From positions 73,842,001-73,906,000 of the forward strand of contig OZ024746.1 of NCBI GenBank assembly GCA_964016885.1: a stretch of 64,000 nt of DNA, read 5' to 3'. The notes under the pieces were generated by a model, which saw only the letters and a program-made list of their open reading frames with translations, had not been told where the DNA came from and did no database searches. The DNA is from Eledone cirrhosa. Lineage: Eukaryota. Made by a program: the position numbers and the translations under genes. Below are positions 1-14,899 of the stretch, in pieces. Within the stretch, counting starts at the first letter, position 1. Every line of letters begins with the position of its first letter.

Positions 1-384
1 ATCTCATTGTATGCAATTTTATATACACACTGTACTCATGCACGCACATATATATTTATATACAGAAATATCTTGTAATCATAAAGAAAATATTAATTTT
101 TGTACTAAAGGTTTGATAGAGAGCTCAATAATAGCCAAAAATAAACAGGTGTAATATTAAGTATTATGAGGTATATTTAAAATGAAGAGTTACTTGAAAA
201 TAGTATTATGTATGTATGTATGGCCCCATAACTTCTGAAAAGTTGTAGAAAATATTGAGAAACGACGTTTCTTGTCTTTGGCATTTTAAGCCTGGCGGAA
301 CCCATCTGTGTGAAGAAAGAATTGCCAGTGATTAAATGAACTTTTGATTTATAAGCAAATTGTAACTCTCTCTCTCTTTACATA

Positions 385-1000
385 TAATAATTGTTTCTAC
401 TTTTGGCACACGGCCAGCAATTATCCAGTGTATTACTGGTACTTTATTTTATCGACCCCGTAAGGATGAAAGGCAAAGTTAAGCTCGGCGGGATTTGAAC
501 TCAGACCATAAAGGGCCGTAACTCTTTGCTACAAAGCATGGCGTCAGACCCTCTACCGATACTGCCAATCCACCGCCCTTTATATATATATAATAATAAT
601 ATATATAATAATAATTGTTTCAACTTTAGGTACAAGGCCAGCAATTATCCCAGTGCATTACTGGTACTTTATTTTATCGACCCCGTAAGGATGAAAGGCA
701 AAGTCAACCTCGGCGGGATTTGAACTCAGATCGTAAAGGGACGTAACTATGCTGGAAAGCATGGCGTCTGACCCTCTACCGATACTGCCAATCCACCAAA
801 CGAAAGATAATAATAATTGTTTCTACTTTTGGCACAAGGCCAGCAATTACCCAGTGCATTACTGGTACTTTATTTTATCGATCCCGTAGGGATGAAAGGC
901 AAAGTTAACCTCGGCGGGATTTGAACTCAGATCATAAAGGGACGTAACTCTATGCTTCAAAGCATGGTGTCCGAATCTCTACCGATACTGCCAATCCACA
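385..1000 (-). mobile_element. Three tandem copies of a ~190-bp tRNA-type SINE (octopus OK/OR-like family)
   Basis: Three repeats of aattgtttctact...gtaaggatgaaaggcaaagttaacctcggcgggatttgaactc...ccaatccacc. The minus strand has an A-box-like TGGCAGTATCGG, a B-box GAGTTCAAATCC and an (ATT)n tail. The family name is from memory, not a search. Confidence 0.85.
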
Positions 1001-1004
1001 AGTT

Positions 1005-1318
1005 AATAATAATAAACGAAAGATATATACTTTATATTATCTCTATTTATTTCATTACATATATTTCGAAGCTGCAAGTTTTATGTATAACATAAGCCAG
1101 AACATGTCTACTTCAGACATATGCTTGGTGGTCACCGCTCTGTCCAGCTCGTTGGTTACAAGCATATCATGAAAAATTATACATCTCATATGTATTTTGT
1201 CTGAAGAGGACATGTCCTGGTTTATGTTATATATAAAATATTTCATCTTCGAAATCTATATAATGAAATAAATAGAAATGATATAAAGTATATATCTTTC
1301 GTTTATTACTATTATTAT
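1005..1318. mobile_element. Inverted pair of PLE-like termini with a hammerhead motif
   Basis: Arms 1005-1120 and 1197-1318 are diverged reverse complements. The right arm reads ttttgt CTGAAGA(1201) ... GAAAT ctat ATA atgaaa, then AATAAA. Confidence 0.7.
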
Positions 1319-1867
1319 TGCTTTTCTATTGCTTCAGATTTCTTGCAGGGGGACAACAGACATTAGATAATAGGTGAAGTGAGTAGGGTCCCGAAACGGA
1401 TCTACAGGACAGAATGTTGTGAACTCTGGATTTGTATTCAGCCATACGGTAAAAAAATCCGGCCTAATCCTCATCTTCGGTTAATCAATCTCTTGGTATA
1501 CCTTTATTGTAATTTACCATATCAACATCTTTTTATGAAAGCATATAGACATTGTTTCTGGCTTGGCGTTTTATTTATCTGTTGTTTTTGGTAAACATAC
1601 ATTAGATTATTCAGTTTTACGTTGTGAACATCGTTTAGTTCGTTTCATATTATAACATGATGCTCTCAACGATAGATTATTTCATGTCGAAATGATCAAC
1701 ACATTTCCTCAATTGCCACACATAACCGGATCAGACTGTTCCATTCCTCTTTTAATATATTCTAGATATACTTTTAACAAAATTTAAACAACTTAGAGTG
1801 AAGATAATATTTACGTGATAGACTTTCAGAAATATATACTAAAGCTCATTTAAGGAGTATTTCCTTA

Positions 1868-3305
<1,438 letters not shown>

Positions 3306-3379
3306 ATTGAACAAATCTCACAATAAACACACAACGGAATGCTTCGAATATTACAGTTTATTATTTAACACAACACCAG

Positions 3380-3600
3380 GGTGGTGGATTGGCAGGATCG
3401 GTAGAGCGTCGTACAGCATGATTTTCGACATATAGGTACGGCTGTTTACATTCTGAGTTCAAATCCAGTCGAGGTTAACCTTGCTTTTCATCCTTATGGG
3501 GTCGATAAGATAAAGTACCAGTAACGCGCTAAGGTCAAATTAATCGACATTCCCCTTCCGCGCAAATTGCTGGCTTTGTGCTAAACGTAGAAATAATTAT
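3380..3600 (+). mobile_element. SINE, older and longer variant
   Basis: Same head and core as the young SINE, plus an extra segment aaggtcaaattaatcgacattcccc before the 3' end. Confidence 0.8.
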
Positions 3601-4361
3601 TTAACAGAACATCGACGAGCAGGCACTGCGTCAGTGTGTATAAAGAAAACGGTATTCTCGTTTCTCAGTATTAGGCTAAAGACACGACTTACTACACTAT
3701 CATTCCTGTGTACTTTATTTAAACTAGCCTGTATTATATCGCTAGATGTTTTTAAGCTTCACTATCACTTCAGTATTAAATATAATTCGTAAATATTCAT
3801 ACGCTCTGCATCAGTTGCTTGAGCATACTTCATTCGACACAAAAGGTAGAGTTTCTCCTAACAGATCCGTTGAAGGCATATGAAAGACCAACCCCCTTTT
3901 TGCAAAACAACAACCAAAATACAACAAAATCTGTGATTCACATTTTCGTCCATTCTCTATTCTCGACGAAATCCTTGGAGTAAACAGGCATTGATTATGT
4001 GACCTATCTCTTCCAAGTTTGGTTTCCTGGGAACTGATCCGTGTTTCCTGGGAACTGATCTGTGTTTCCTATTAATAGGTGTTGCTATCAATGCAAGCTT
4101 TTGTTATTAAAGTTAAAATCAACAAAACCATTGTACTTTTTAAAGGGTTTACATCAAGTTTGTTCTTCATGGCTTTTGAACAAATACAGAAAAAAACCAT
4201 CTTCCTGATACTCTAAAGATTCTGCCAATCCCAAGTAAAAATAACAACAATGGAAAATATATAACACCGTTTAATTTCTTACTCATGCACTTGTGCCTAT
4301 ATCGCTTTAATTTAGAGCTGTACACACACACACACACACACACATGCACACACACACACAC

Positions 4362-4397
<36 letters not shown>

Positions 4398-4469
4398 GTA
4401 CATAGCCGCATTCATTAATAAATATAAACATACTTCCGTGCACACACACATATACATACATACATACAT

Positions 4470-4501
<32 letters not shown>

Positions 4502-5344
4502 GTAATTTCATAAATGATAAGAAAAAGTGTTGATTATATCGGCGCTTGTTTTTTTTTTCATTTTTTTGTACGTATCGTCATGTGAGCATAAATTATTACA
4601 TAGTTAAGTTAATGAGGCATTTATGATAGTTAAGCGACAAAACTGATATCGGATTTTAACATCTTGTATAGTTTTGATAAAATTGGAAGATAGTCGATTT
4701 CATATTAATGAAAACGGTTGTTGTAATTTGTGTATTTTCTAAAAGGTTTCTTCAATTCAAGGAACATATACAGAATGGTTATGAGAAATGGCTCTGTATA
4801 ATCTAATACTGAACCAACAATAGACAAATGCTTGCTGGAGCCAGTAAAGTAATTAACCACATTCGTTAACAGTTGTCGCCAACGTTGTCGTTATTTTACA
4901 ATATATAGATGATGGAATGGAAAATAAAGATATTAGAACATCTTAGTGAATATGATAAACGTTGAAGCTAGTAGGACACGTAGGTAGTTAGAGGCGTAAT
5001 TCAACCGGCTACTATATTAACAGAACAATCACTTCCAGGCCATGGTTCTTCTAGATTAATTGGTCATTAAATATTATCTTTGATATAAGGTTGCTTGTAG
5101 AGATCGTTGGAATTTAACCTGTCAATTTAACCTGTCGACTATTCCTTTCATAGCATGCTTCCGCCATATTAGCATATATTTCGCTTAATTTGTTTCACAG
5201 TTTATTTTCGTAAGGCCGTTTCATAGTTATTAAGATCATTGCAAGTAATCAGAAGATCAATGCGTGGCAAACAAGATCAATTCATGTGGACAAAGGTTCA
5301 ATTTAATGGTACTGTTTAAATTGTAGCAGTTGCTACTCTTGCTT

Positions 5345-5413
<69 letters not shown>

Positions 5414-5414
5414 T

Positions 5415-5679
5415 AATTGACTCCCCTCCTTTCAAATTGCAGGCCTTGTGTCTAGAGTAGAAACAATTATTTGTATCAAAGGCGGTGGATTGGCAGTATC
5501 GGTAGAGAGTCGGACGCCATGCTTTCCAGCATAGTTACGTCCCTTTACGATCTGAGTTCAAATCCCGCCGAGGTTGACTTTGCCTTTCATCCTTACGGGG
5601 TCGATAAAATAAAGTACCAGTAATGCACTGGGTAATTGCTGGCCTTGTGCCTAAAGTAGAAACAATTATTTGTATCAAT
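5415..5679 (+). mobile_element. Old SINE 3' end followed by a full young SINE with TSD
   Basis: Full copy at 5481-5670; attatttgtatcaa occurs on both sides. Confidence 0.85.
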
Positions 5680-5767
5680 GTATTTTTGTTGTTGTTGGTG
5701 GTGGCATTGGCATTAGTAATAGTGTTCTACTTTTTTGTGTATTAGTTTTATTTTGATTTTTTTTTTT

Positions 5768-6190
5768 GCAGATAGGAAATGTCCTAAATTGGATGACCAA
5801 GAATCGAACAGTCCTTTTAGCAAAATATAAAGTGAAAGGAAATGTGGCTGCCAATTACCTAACAATAGCGTGAACCCTGCCAATAATTTAGAAACTGTTG
5901 ACTGGGAGTATTGAGAGGTGAATATCCTTCGTAATAAACAGAAAGGATGTCGTAGAGGGTCCAGGGAAACAAAGGACCAGCTGTTAAATGATAAGGATAT
6001 TTTAAGGAACTGCAGGAGAACGAAAACGAACTTGGTAATGGTTTTCATAGATTACAAGAAATCCTACGGCATGGTCTCCCCTTCTTAGTTAAAGGAATCC
6101 CTCGATCTTGTTGGTGTTGTGGATAATATCAAGGAAATGCTGTTTATCAGTATGGAACAGTAGAGATCGGAATTGTCATCAGGTAATGAA
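5768..6190 (+). pseudogene. R4/Dong-like non-LTR reverse transcriptase fragment
   Basis: Hand translation gives NWMTKNRTVLLAK and [46 protein letters not shown], matching the QKGC...KDQLL...IDYKKAYD pattern of R4/Dong RTs. The frame is broken. Confidence 0.7.
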
Positions 6191-6534
6191 CTAGCTTCCT
6201 AAGAAGATGGTAAGTTTATCCACAAAACATTGTATAATATTCAGACAAAATTACTTTAAAACACCCAAATAAACAAATAAGTTACTTCATGGATGTGTGA
6301 ACCACGTCCCCAAAAACTCGATAACCACAACAACAACAACAATGATAATAATAACAATAATAATAATATGGTGGTTGCTGTCGCAGCAACTTCAACTGGA
6401 GCTGCTGGTGTTATCGTCGTTGGTAAGGTGGTGAATATCTAAAAAAAAAAATTTTATCGATACATTTGCGTGTATATGTGAGTGTATAATGTACACAAAC
6501 ACTCTCACACACACACACAAACATACACACACAT

Positions 6535-6575
<41 letters not shown>

Positions 6576-6576
6576 A

Positions 6577-6630
6577 GATTAGGGACACAACGGCTGAGCT
6601 CTTGCCGTTTTAATAGCTAGTTCCAGACTA
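6577..6630 (-). mobile_element. Fragment of the ggcttgagctcagcc PLE-terminus family
   Basis: acggctgagctcttgccgtttt..tagctagttccagacta matches 36958-36999; it lies inside (TA)n. Confidence 0.6.
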
Positions 6631-6995
6631 CATATATATATATATAGTTTAATAAATAAACAGAGAACAAAAAACAGAAAAACGAAGAGGCAGTACAATC
6701 GATATTAGTATTAGAGTGATATATATATTTATATATATATATATAGTAGAATAATCGAGTATCGAAAAATCGGCGCACGAGTTCACGATAAACAAAATTC
6801 GAAATGAGCGGCAGAGGGCTCAATAATTCAGATAAATCAGAGCTATAACTATCGTTAAAATACCGTCACACATAGAACATGTCTAAAATCAACCATACGA
6901 CCGAAAAATTGCGATCTGGAAGATTCGGGACACTCAGATAAAATATCAATAAATCAATAAATCAAATGAATGTAAAAAGTATATATATATATTAT

Positions 6996-7155
6996 TTAAA
7001 GAAATTATTTAGCCTGATAGTGGGGTTCTCCGAGGGTTCTTAACCCCACTATCAGGCTAAATAATTTCTTTAATTTCTTTAGTCAAAACACGGCGATAGC
7101 TTACATTTCTAATAATTTCAAACCAACTCGCTGTTTCGAAAATATCCTTACTTAA
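6996..7155. mobile_element. Asymmetric palindrome in (TA)n, PLE-terminus-like
   Basis: ttaaagaaattatttagcctgatagtggggtt, a 14-nt spacer, aaccccactatcaggctaaataatttctttaa, then an unpaired tail. No ribozyme core is visible. Confidence 0.55.
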
Positions 7156-7220
7156 TATATATATTTATATATATATATATAATATATATATATACATATA
7201 TACATATATGCATATACATA

Positions 7221-7254
<34 letters not shown>

Positions 7255-7586
7255 CCATACATCCCCCTGACCCTCCTCCTTTTTCCATCTGTTTGTCTCA
7301 GTCTGTTTGTCCCCCCTCTCTCTCTGTGGCGCGATCACGTGTGCATATTCGGGTACACGAGAAAAACAAAAGTATAATGAGACACAAACATATATCTGAA
7401 GCTACAAACACATTCCCAGGATATATACATATGCATAACGTATGTATACGCAAGAATTTCTTAATAAACACGCCTTTATATGTAATTATAACACATTGAT
7501 AGACAAATACAACACAACAACGACCATTATTACATTCGTAAGTTTATACAACACTCGCATATATATATATCAATCAATATATATAT

Positions 7587-7720
<134 letters not shown>

Positions 7721-7864
7721 TGATATATATATATTGATATATGAATAGCTTTATTTCTGTACACATGTGTATGTTTATATACCTATTTATGTATGTTTGT
7801 ATTGTTTATACATACATATACATACATACATACATACATATATAAATATATTTATATATATATA

Positions 7865-7923
<59 letters not shown>

Positions 7924-8529
7924 ATATATATATACATACATATATATATATATACATGTATGTATGTGTGTCTCTGTATACATACACTGTATTACATTCG
8001 CTCACATACACTTCCTTCTCCACCTCCACATAAGCTCTCTCTCTACCTCTCCTCTATACACACCTAAACACACACACACACACACAAACACATACCCTCA
8101 CACACCCACATTCATACACACATTCACAAATTCACAAATTCACTCACTCACACCAACAAAAAAATACACAAACATCGCTATCTCGCAAAGATGGTTTGAT
8201 ATGGCTAATCCTATTTTCCCCGCTGATAAGCTACTGACATATCTTTAGCGCTTGAGGTTTCGTTTTCAATTTAGTTTCATAAGATCATTTCATATTTAAT
8301 ATAGAGATAATCTATATTCTAACAGCAATGCTATAAACCAGCTCCCGTATCAATTGTATCGAGTAATGCAAGATTTCGCTATTTCAATTTGTTTTACTTT
8401 TTCTGTCTTTCAGTTTATGTTTACCTTTTGAAAGTATCAATCATAGATATTTTTGGTGGCTTTATTCAAAATAATCTTCTCTGTAATTTATTCACTTACA
8501 CACACGCACGTACGCATGCACGTATGCAT

Positions 8530-8569
<40 letters not shown>

Positions 8570-8671
8570 AGGGATACACTCACACACAAATACAGGTACA
8601 TATATGTATGCACATATATATATTATATTGAAATATGTATATATATATATATTATGTATATGCATATATGC

Positions 8672-8714
<43 letters not shown>

Positions 8715-8718
<4 letters not shown>

Positions 8719-9070
8719 AAGAAAAAGGGATGAAATCGAAAATGCAACTGAAGTCTTATTTTTTTAAAAAAAATATATATATTTATTTGGTTCCTTTACC
8801 GGTTTCGCAGTTCTTCTGCTTTTCAAAAGGTGAGTTGAGATGGAGGGTCTGTGGTTTTTCTGAGAAAAACCACAGACCCTCCATCTCAACTCACCTTTTG
8901 AAAAGCAGAAGAACTGCGAAACCGGTAAAGGAACCAAATAAATATATATATTTTTAAAAAAAATAAGACTTCAGTTGCATTTTCGATTTCATCCCTTTTT
9001 CTTTATACTTCCACTCGTGTAGGACACCTCGGTTATTTTTCATTTTGTAAAAAAAACCTCACTTTCTAAT
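8715..9070. mobile_element. Palindromic mini-insertion of the pseudo-LTR of the 28.5-32 kb Penelope-like element
   Basis: Near-perfect ~146-bp arms centred at 8861/8862 plus a 63-bp tail ending cctcactttctaat. The sequence matches 31778-31973 and 28533-28634. It contains the hammerhead 3' half GAAAC CG GTA. Confidence 0.85.
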
Positions 9071-9100
9071 ATATATTTATATATATATATATATATATGC

Positions 9101-9160
<60 letters not shown>

Positions 9161-9162
<2 letters not shown>

Positions 9163-9373
9163 CCAGTTCCTCGGGGGATTAACAACATACCCAGGAGCCG
9201 GAGATATCGATGTATTGACAGAGTGGAACACACTTCAACAACATGTGTACCTGTCTTTTCCACACCAATTCGGACTGCCTGAAGAGGTCACAGCCAATAA
9301 TAGCTATCACCGAAATATATATAGCAGAAAATTTATAATTTATAATAAACGAAGCCAAATTTTACATCTTTGA

Positions 9374-9378
<5 letters not shown>
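9161..9378 (+). mobile_element. PLE 3' end (ORF terminus, hammerhead, AATAAA) in (TA)n
   Basis: Starts with VPRGIN, like the PxGLN end of PLE GIY-YIG domains. Hammerhead at 9275-9327; AATAAA follows near 9344. Confidence 0.7.
9275..9327 (+). ncRNA. Minimal type I hammerhead ribozyme
   Basis: ctgc CTGAAGA ggt...acc GAAA T atat A TA gcag. Stem I is ctgc/gcag, the stem II base is ggt/acc, stem III is palindromic, and the cleavage triplet is AUA. Confidence 0.75.
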
Positions 9379-9451
<73 letters not shown>

Positions 9452-9454
9452 TAT

Positions 9455-9800
<346 letters not shown>

Positions 9801-10045
9801 CTAGGAGCATTATCAATGTTTGAACATATAATTAACCTTCCCTGTTTATAGTTGTTTATAGTATAGTATATACATTCATAACATCTTTAGTATTATATAT
9901 ATACATATATATATATATTATATATATATATGCATATACGTACACACACACATATATATAAATATATATATAATATATATATGTATATATATATACATAT
10001 ATATGCATATATATATACATATATATATGCATATATATATATATA

Positions 10046-10222
<177 letters not shown>

Positions 10223-10339
10223 GTATATACATATATGCGAATATATATATACATATATGCATGTTTATATACACACACACACACACATATATATATGTTT
10301 ATATATAAACGCATAAATACACACACACAATCAGTCCGT

Positions 10340-10530
10340 TCAAAACTAATCACCCGATTACGTATTTCCTCTTAGGCAGAAACCAATGTGTTAGCGACAG
10401 AATCCAATCATACTCAGAAATAGTTACCTATGGTAGCCCCAAAAGCATCGAGTTGAGCTCCTTAGTCTTCATAATTTATATAAATGACATCATAAATGTT
10501 ATCAAACCGAGAAAAATAAACATATTCACA
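10340..10530 (+). pseudogene. CR1/L2-like RT fragment
   Basis: Degenerate [12 protein letters not shown] ... YGSP...LVFIIYINDIINVIK, resembling the GVPQGSVLGPLLFIIYINDI motif. Confidence 0.5.
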
Positions 10531-10884
10531 GTTCTCAATGTAGAGTCTCACCGAATATAATTCATACGATCTAACAATGAAGTACTTGAGCTAATTCCTT
10601 TCTGGAAAAATTAGCATTTATTTCATCCTTTTGTTACTATATAACACTGCTTATAATTTGACTCTTTCGTTACGATAAAACATTGCCTATCATGTTAAAA
10701 TAATTTTGAAAATATTAAAGAATTTGTAGAGCATTAGTAATATAATAAACTTTCTCATCTTTGGGTTTTTAGAGCATAACTTAACAAAGTTTCTGACATA
10801 GAATTGTGATGAAAACCAAAATTAGAATTCAGTTTTTCGCTCTAACATAGTTGATACGTAAATGAATTCGTGATTTTTATATCG

Positions 10885-11150
10885 AATAATAATTGTTTCT
10901 ACTTTAGGCACAAGGTCAGCAATTACCCAGTGCATTACTGGTACTTTATATCGAATAATAATTGTTTCTACTTTTGGCACAAGGCCAGCAATTACCCAGT
11001 GTATTAAGAATATTAGTAATAATTGTTTCTAATTTTGGCACAAGGCCAGCAATTACTCAGTACATTACTGGTACTTTTTTATCGACCCCGTAAGGATGAA
11101 AGGCAAAGTTGACCTCGGCGGGATTTGAACTCAGAATGGAAAGGGCCGAA
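10885..11150 (-). mobile_element. Stack of three 5'-truncated SINE copies
   Basis: Three repeats of aataattgtttcta..ggcacaaggccagcaattacccag; tatatcgaataat is duplicated around the first. Confidence 0.85.
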
Positions 11151-11343
11151 TAATAATAATAATCGATTTGTTTTCAAGCAAACAGGATCATGGCGATGGT
11201 CATTTAAAAAACACAGTGTGATGAAATATTTTTAGATAATTATCAATATTTTAAAAATAAACTAAGCAGAATATATTTCATTTTATTATTAAAAGGCTTA
11301 AACAGCAATTTTATTCCTCCCTGGAGAACTTCACATGTCAACT

Positions 11344-11532
11344 AATAATTGTTTCTACTTTTGGCACCAGGCCTGTAATTATTGGTACTTTACTGGTACT
11401 TTATTTTATCGACCCCGTAAGGATGAAAGGCAAAGTTAACTTCGGCGGGATTTGAACTCAGTCCATAAGGGACGTAACTATGCTGGAAAGCATGGCGTCC
11501 GACCCTCTACCAATACTGCCAATCCACCGCCA
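11344..11532 (-). mobile_element. Full SINE with TSD tcaactaataat
   Basis: Family consensus match; the duplication flanks both ends. Confidence 0.85.
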
Positions 11533-12338
11533 TAATATCAACTAATAATATCGCTGAGTCAGGAGTAATTGCTGAAAACAGACACAGCTGTAGCGCCTAC
11601 TTTACCAATAAAGTTCGTGTTACTGGATGCATGATCTCCCAGACACTCAGAACCTTCTGGTCGACTGATCCAGATGTCAGCATCTTTCTATACACTGAGC
11701 ACGATCACATCAAGGATACTGTTGTTTCCCGTGGTCCCAGCTTACCAGACAGAACGTAATGAGAATTGAGGCACCCCAAAAGGCAGTTCCATTCAAAAAT
11801 AATTGGCATGAGAGGTCTTGATAATAGGGATCATTTCGAAACACGCAGCTATTTTCTCTCCAATGCTGTCGTGAGAGCTACATCATCTGTACAATGCAGA
11901 AAATATAGCATTATCGGTGCTTCTAACCCACTTTACCATAAAGTTTAAAACTACGTCCATAGCAAAAATCAAACTCACAGTTTATAATCCTATTGAGAGA
12001 AAATTACGTTACCTGATGTAAGCTGCTCTATTTAACATTATATAAAAAAACAAAAACAAAAAAAACAAAACAAATGTAAGAAAGAGTTCTCAGCCATCAC
12101 CCTCAAACAATATTAAGAAAAAATCCACAAGAAATACCAATCAAAACACCGACAATCGCATATGTTTCAACCAAAAATAATGTTTTACTTAAGAAAACGA
12201 CAACCATTTAAACTGAAGTTAAAGAACTTCTACTAGATTCTGCTATTAACCCAAACACTATTTCTGTTAATAATGGCCAAAAAGTCTCTCTCTCTCTCAC
12301 ACACACATACATACATATATACAACTCCCCAATATATT

Positions 12339-12731
<393 letters not shown>

Positions 12732-12741
12732 ATATATATAT

Positions 12742-12800
12742 AGTACCAGTAATGCACTGGGTAATTGTTGGCCTTGTGCCTAAAGTAGAAACAATTATTA
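12742..12800 (+). mobile_element. SINE 3' fragment
   Basis: agtaccagtaatgcactgggtaattg...agtagaaacaattatt. Confidence 0.8.
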
Positions 12801-13418
12801 CAAAAACAACAGCCATACTACACCCGATGCCACATTAATAATCTCAAATACAATATCCACACTCGAACACCAAGCAAGCACTTTTAGTCGACATTTCCCC
12901 CAAATCAACCATCGAAAACCACACAAAGAAGATAATAACACAAAATGAAAAACATGTGCACGTTTCAGCAATATCTCTTCCTACCAGACACTGGAAAAGA
13001 AATAGGGAATCCTAAAACTCAAGGGCCATGACAAAATCACATTACACCTAGAAAATCTATTCTCGGTGCATTCTAGCGAAGCAATAATTTCTCACAGCAA
13101 CATCTACTCGTACCACCGACGCTACATGTACAGGGTCACATGTTCATCTAGGGGTAGTGGCAAGATATCCCTAAAATATCACACTACAAAATGATCAACA
13201 AAAAATGGTTAGAAAAAAGATATAATGGTTATGATAGAATGCCTTTGAATAAAACCACACGTTTTAATATAACAATTAATATAATAGGAAAGCTTCTAAC
13301 TCAATTTACAGATATCCACTTATACAGAAAATACTAAATATCTCATTAAAAATCTACACTATACCTTGGATCTACGACTATAATTTAGATATATATCAGA
13401 TAAAAGAATGGTATTTAA

Positions 13419-14395
13419 CTAATGTATTGGTACGCGATGGGGTCCACCCACAGCCCCGGCGGAGAAGGCGTTTCCCCGGAGGACAGCAACGGAGACGCGC
13501 TGGAAAAGCCACTCCAACTCGCGGGGCTCACACATGCAGCTGGCCAGCTCAGCGCCTATGGTGGTGAGTAAGGAGGTAGTGAGTAAGGAGGTAGCCGAGG
13601 ACACCAGAAGTCTACACTGCCAGGGGAACGACCGCAAACCTGTCGGAGAGCGACCGGTATTTGAGGAGTTTGGCCCCCTCAGCCCGACGTGCAGCAGAAC
13701 CTGGGTCAGTCGCAGACTGCACCAGGTTGCGGATGCAGAAAGTGTCGGTGCAAGTGGCATTCCAGACGAGGGGTTTGCCACCGCGGAACGGGAAGATTGT
13801 CATGCCATCTGGCCTTTTGCCCGCCTCTCGATCCAGCCCCACCAGCTCGAGCTGGGAAGGGAAACCTGCAGCGTCCAAGCCAAGCTTAATGACCTCGTTG
13901 AGGGCAGCATGGCATAGAATGCGGCCGGCACTGTGGCGACAGGAAAGCGGGTGGATGCCGAAAGAGTCCACGGTGGAACCGCAGCGACATTGGTGTGGCT
14001 GGCAGATCCGGAGGCCGAGCCTTAGGGATAGGCCGATTCGCAGACTATCGTTGTCTAGCTGCGTGCCAGTGGAGAAGGAGGGCAGGGCATGGAGCCAGGC
14101 ATCACTGTGGGGTTTGGAGGCCGCACGAAAACAAGCAAGGCTGTGCTGGTCGAGTTGGCGCGTGAGCCTGTCTGAGGCCAGGCTGCACTGGATGGCATCC
14201 CAAGTGCGTTGGGGGGACTTGACGTCAACAGGGGGAGAAGGGCTAAGTCACAGCCGGGCCCACGTCTCACAGGCGGCCTCACGTTCTCTGAACACAGAGC
14301 CTTCTGTATTGCCATGTTTATGTAACGCATACAAACACGACTTCCTGAATTTACAATTCTCCGAATGGCATACCACACACAGGGCTCACCCTTCT
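13419..14395 (-). mobile_element. 3' part of a CRE-like non-LTR retrotransposon (zinc knuckle plus restriction-like endonuclease)
   Basis: GC-rich island. The translation DSFGIHPLSCRHSAGRILCHAALNEVIK...GKRPDGMTIFPFRGGKPLVWNATCTDT...LFQRVSVAVLRGNA gives a CCHC knuckle, RH..LN, KRPDG and W(D)xT, plus the C-terminal QRxSxAxxRGNA typical of CRE-type elements. It is frameshifted. Confidence 0.8.
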
Positions 14396-14397
14396 AA

Positions 14398-14588
14398 ATA
14401 ATTGTTTTCTACTTTTGGCACAAGCCCAGCAATTATCCCAGTGCATTACTGGTCCTTTATTTTATCGACCCCGTAAGGATGAAAAGCAAAGTTAACCTGG
14501 GTGGGATTTGAACTCAGACCGTAAAGGGGTGTAACTCTATGCTAGAAAGCATGGCGACCGACCCTCTACTGATACTGCCAATCCACCC
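14398..14588 (-). mobile_element. Full SINE with TSD ctaaataat
   Basis: Family consensus match. Confidence 0.85.
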
Positions 14589-14899
14589 TAAATAATGCCA
14601 ATTATGTATATCGTTAGATTAGTAACAAAAGAGAAGAGAATGAGGATTCAATTGATTTCATTTATGGCCAAAATAAATTGAATTCGTATCATTGTCATTC
14701 TTTGCTGAGATATGTTTTGCTCTAAGTAGGCGAAAGGGTTAAAGTTGTGTGACATTCATCCGTTTCTTTAAAGTATTATGGATATAAGTAAAGTGAAGTA
14801 TGATACATTCAGACAGTAATGGAAACCAAGTATCTACGTTTATATCTACAAGCGCTACTGTCATAGCAGACAAAGCTTCACACTTGTGGAGGGGGGATG

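Noticed and set aside
4022-4069. 21-bp tandem duplication
   Set aside because: Ordinary local slippage with no further structure.
5481-5670. tRNA gene
   Set aside because: A and B boxes belong to a multicopy SINE with TSDs; no cloverleaf.
13661-14401. 246-aa plus-strand ORF
   Set aside because: Antisense shadow of the GC-rich CRE-like coding strand.
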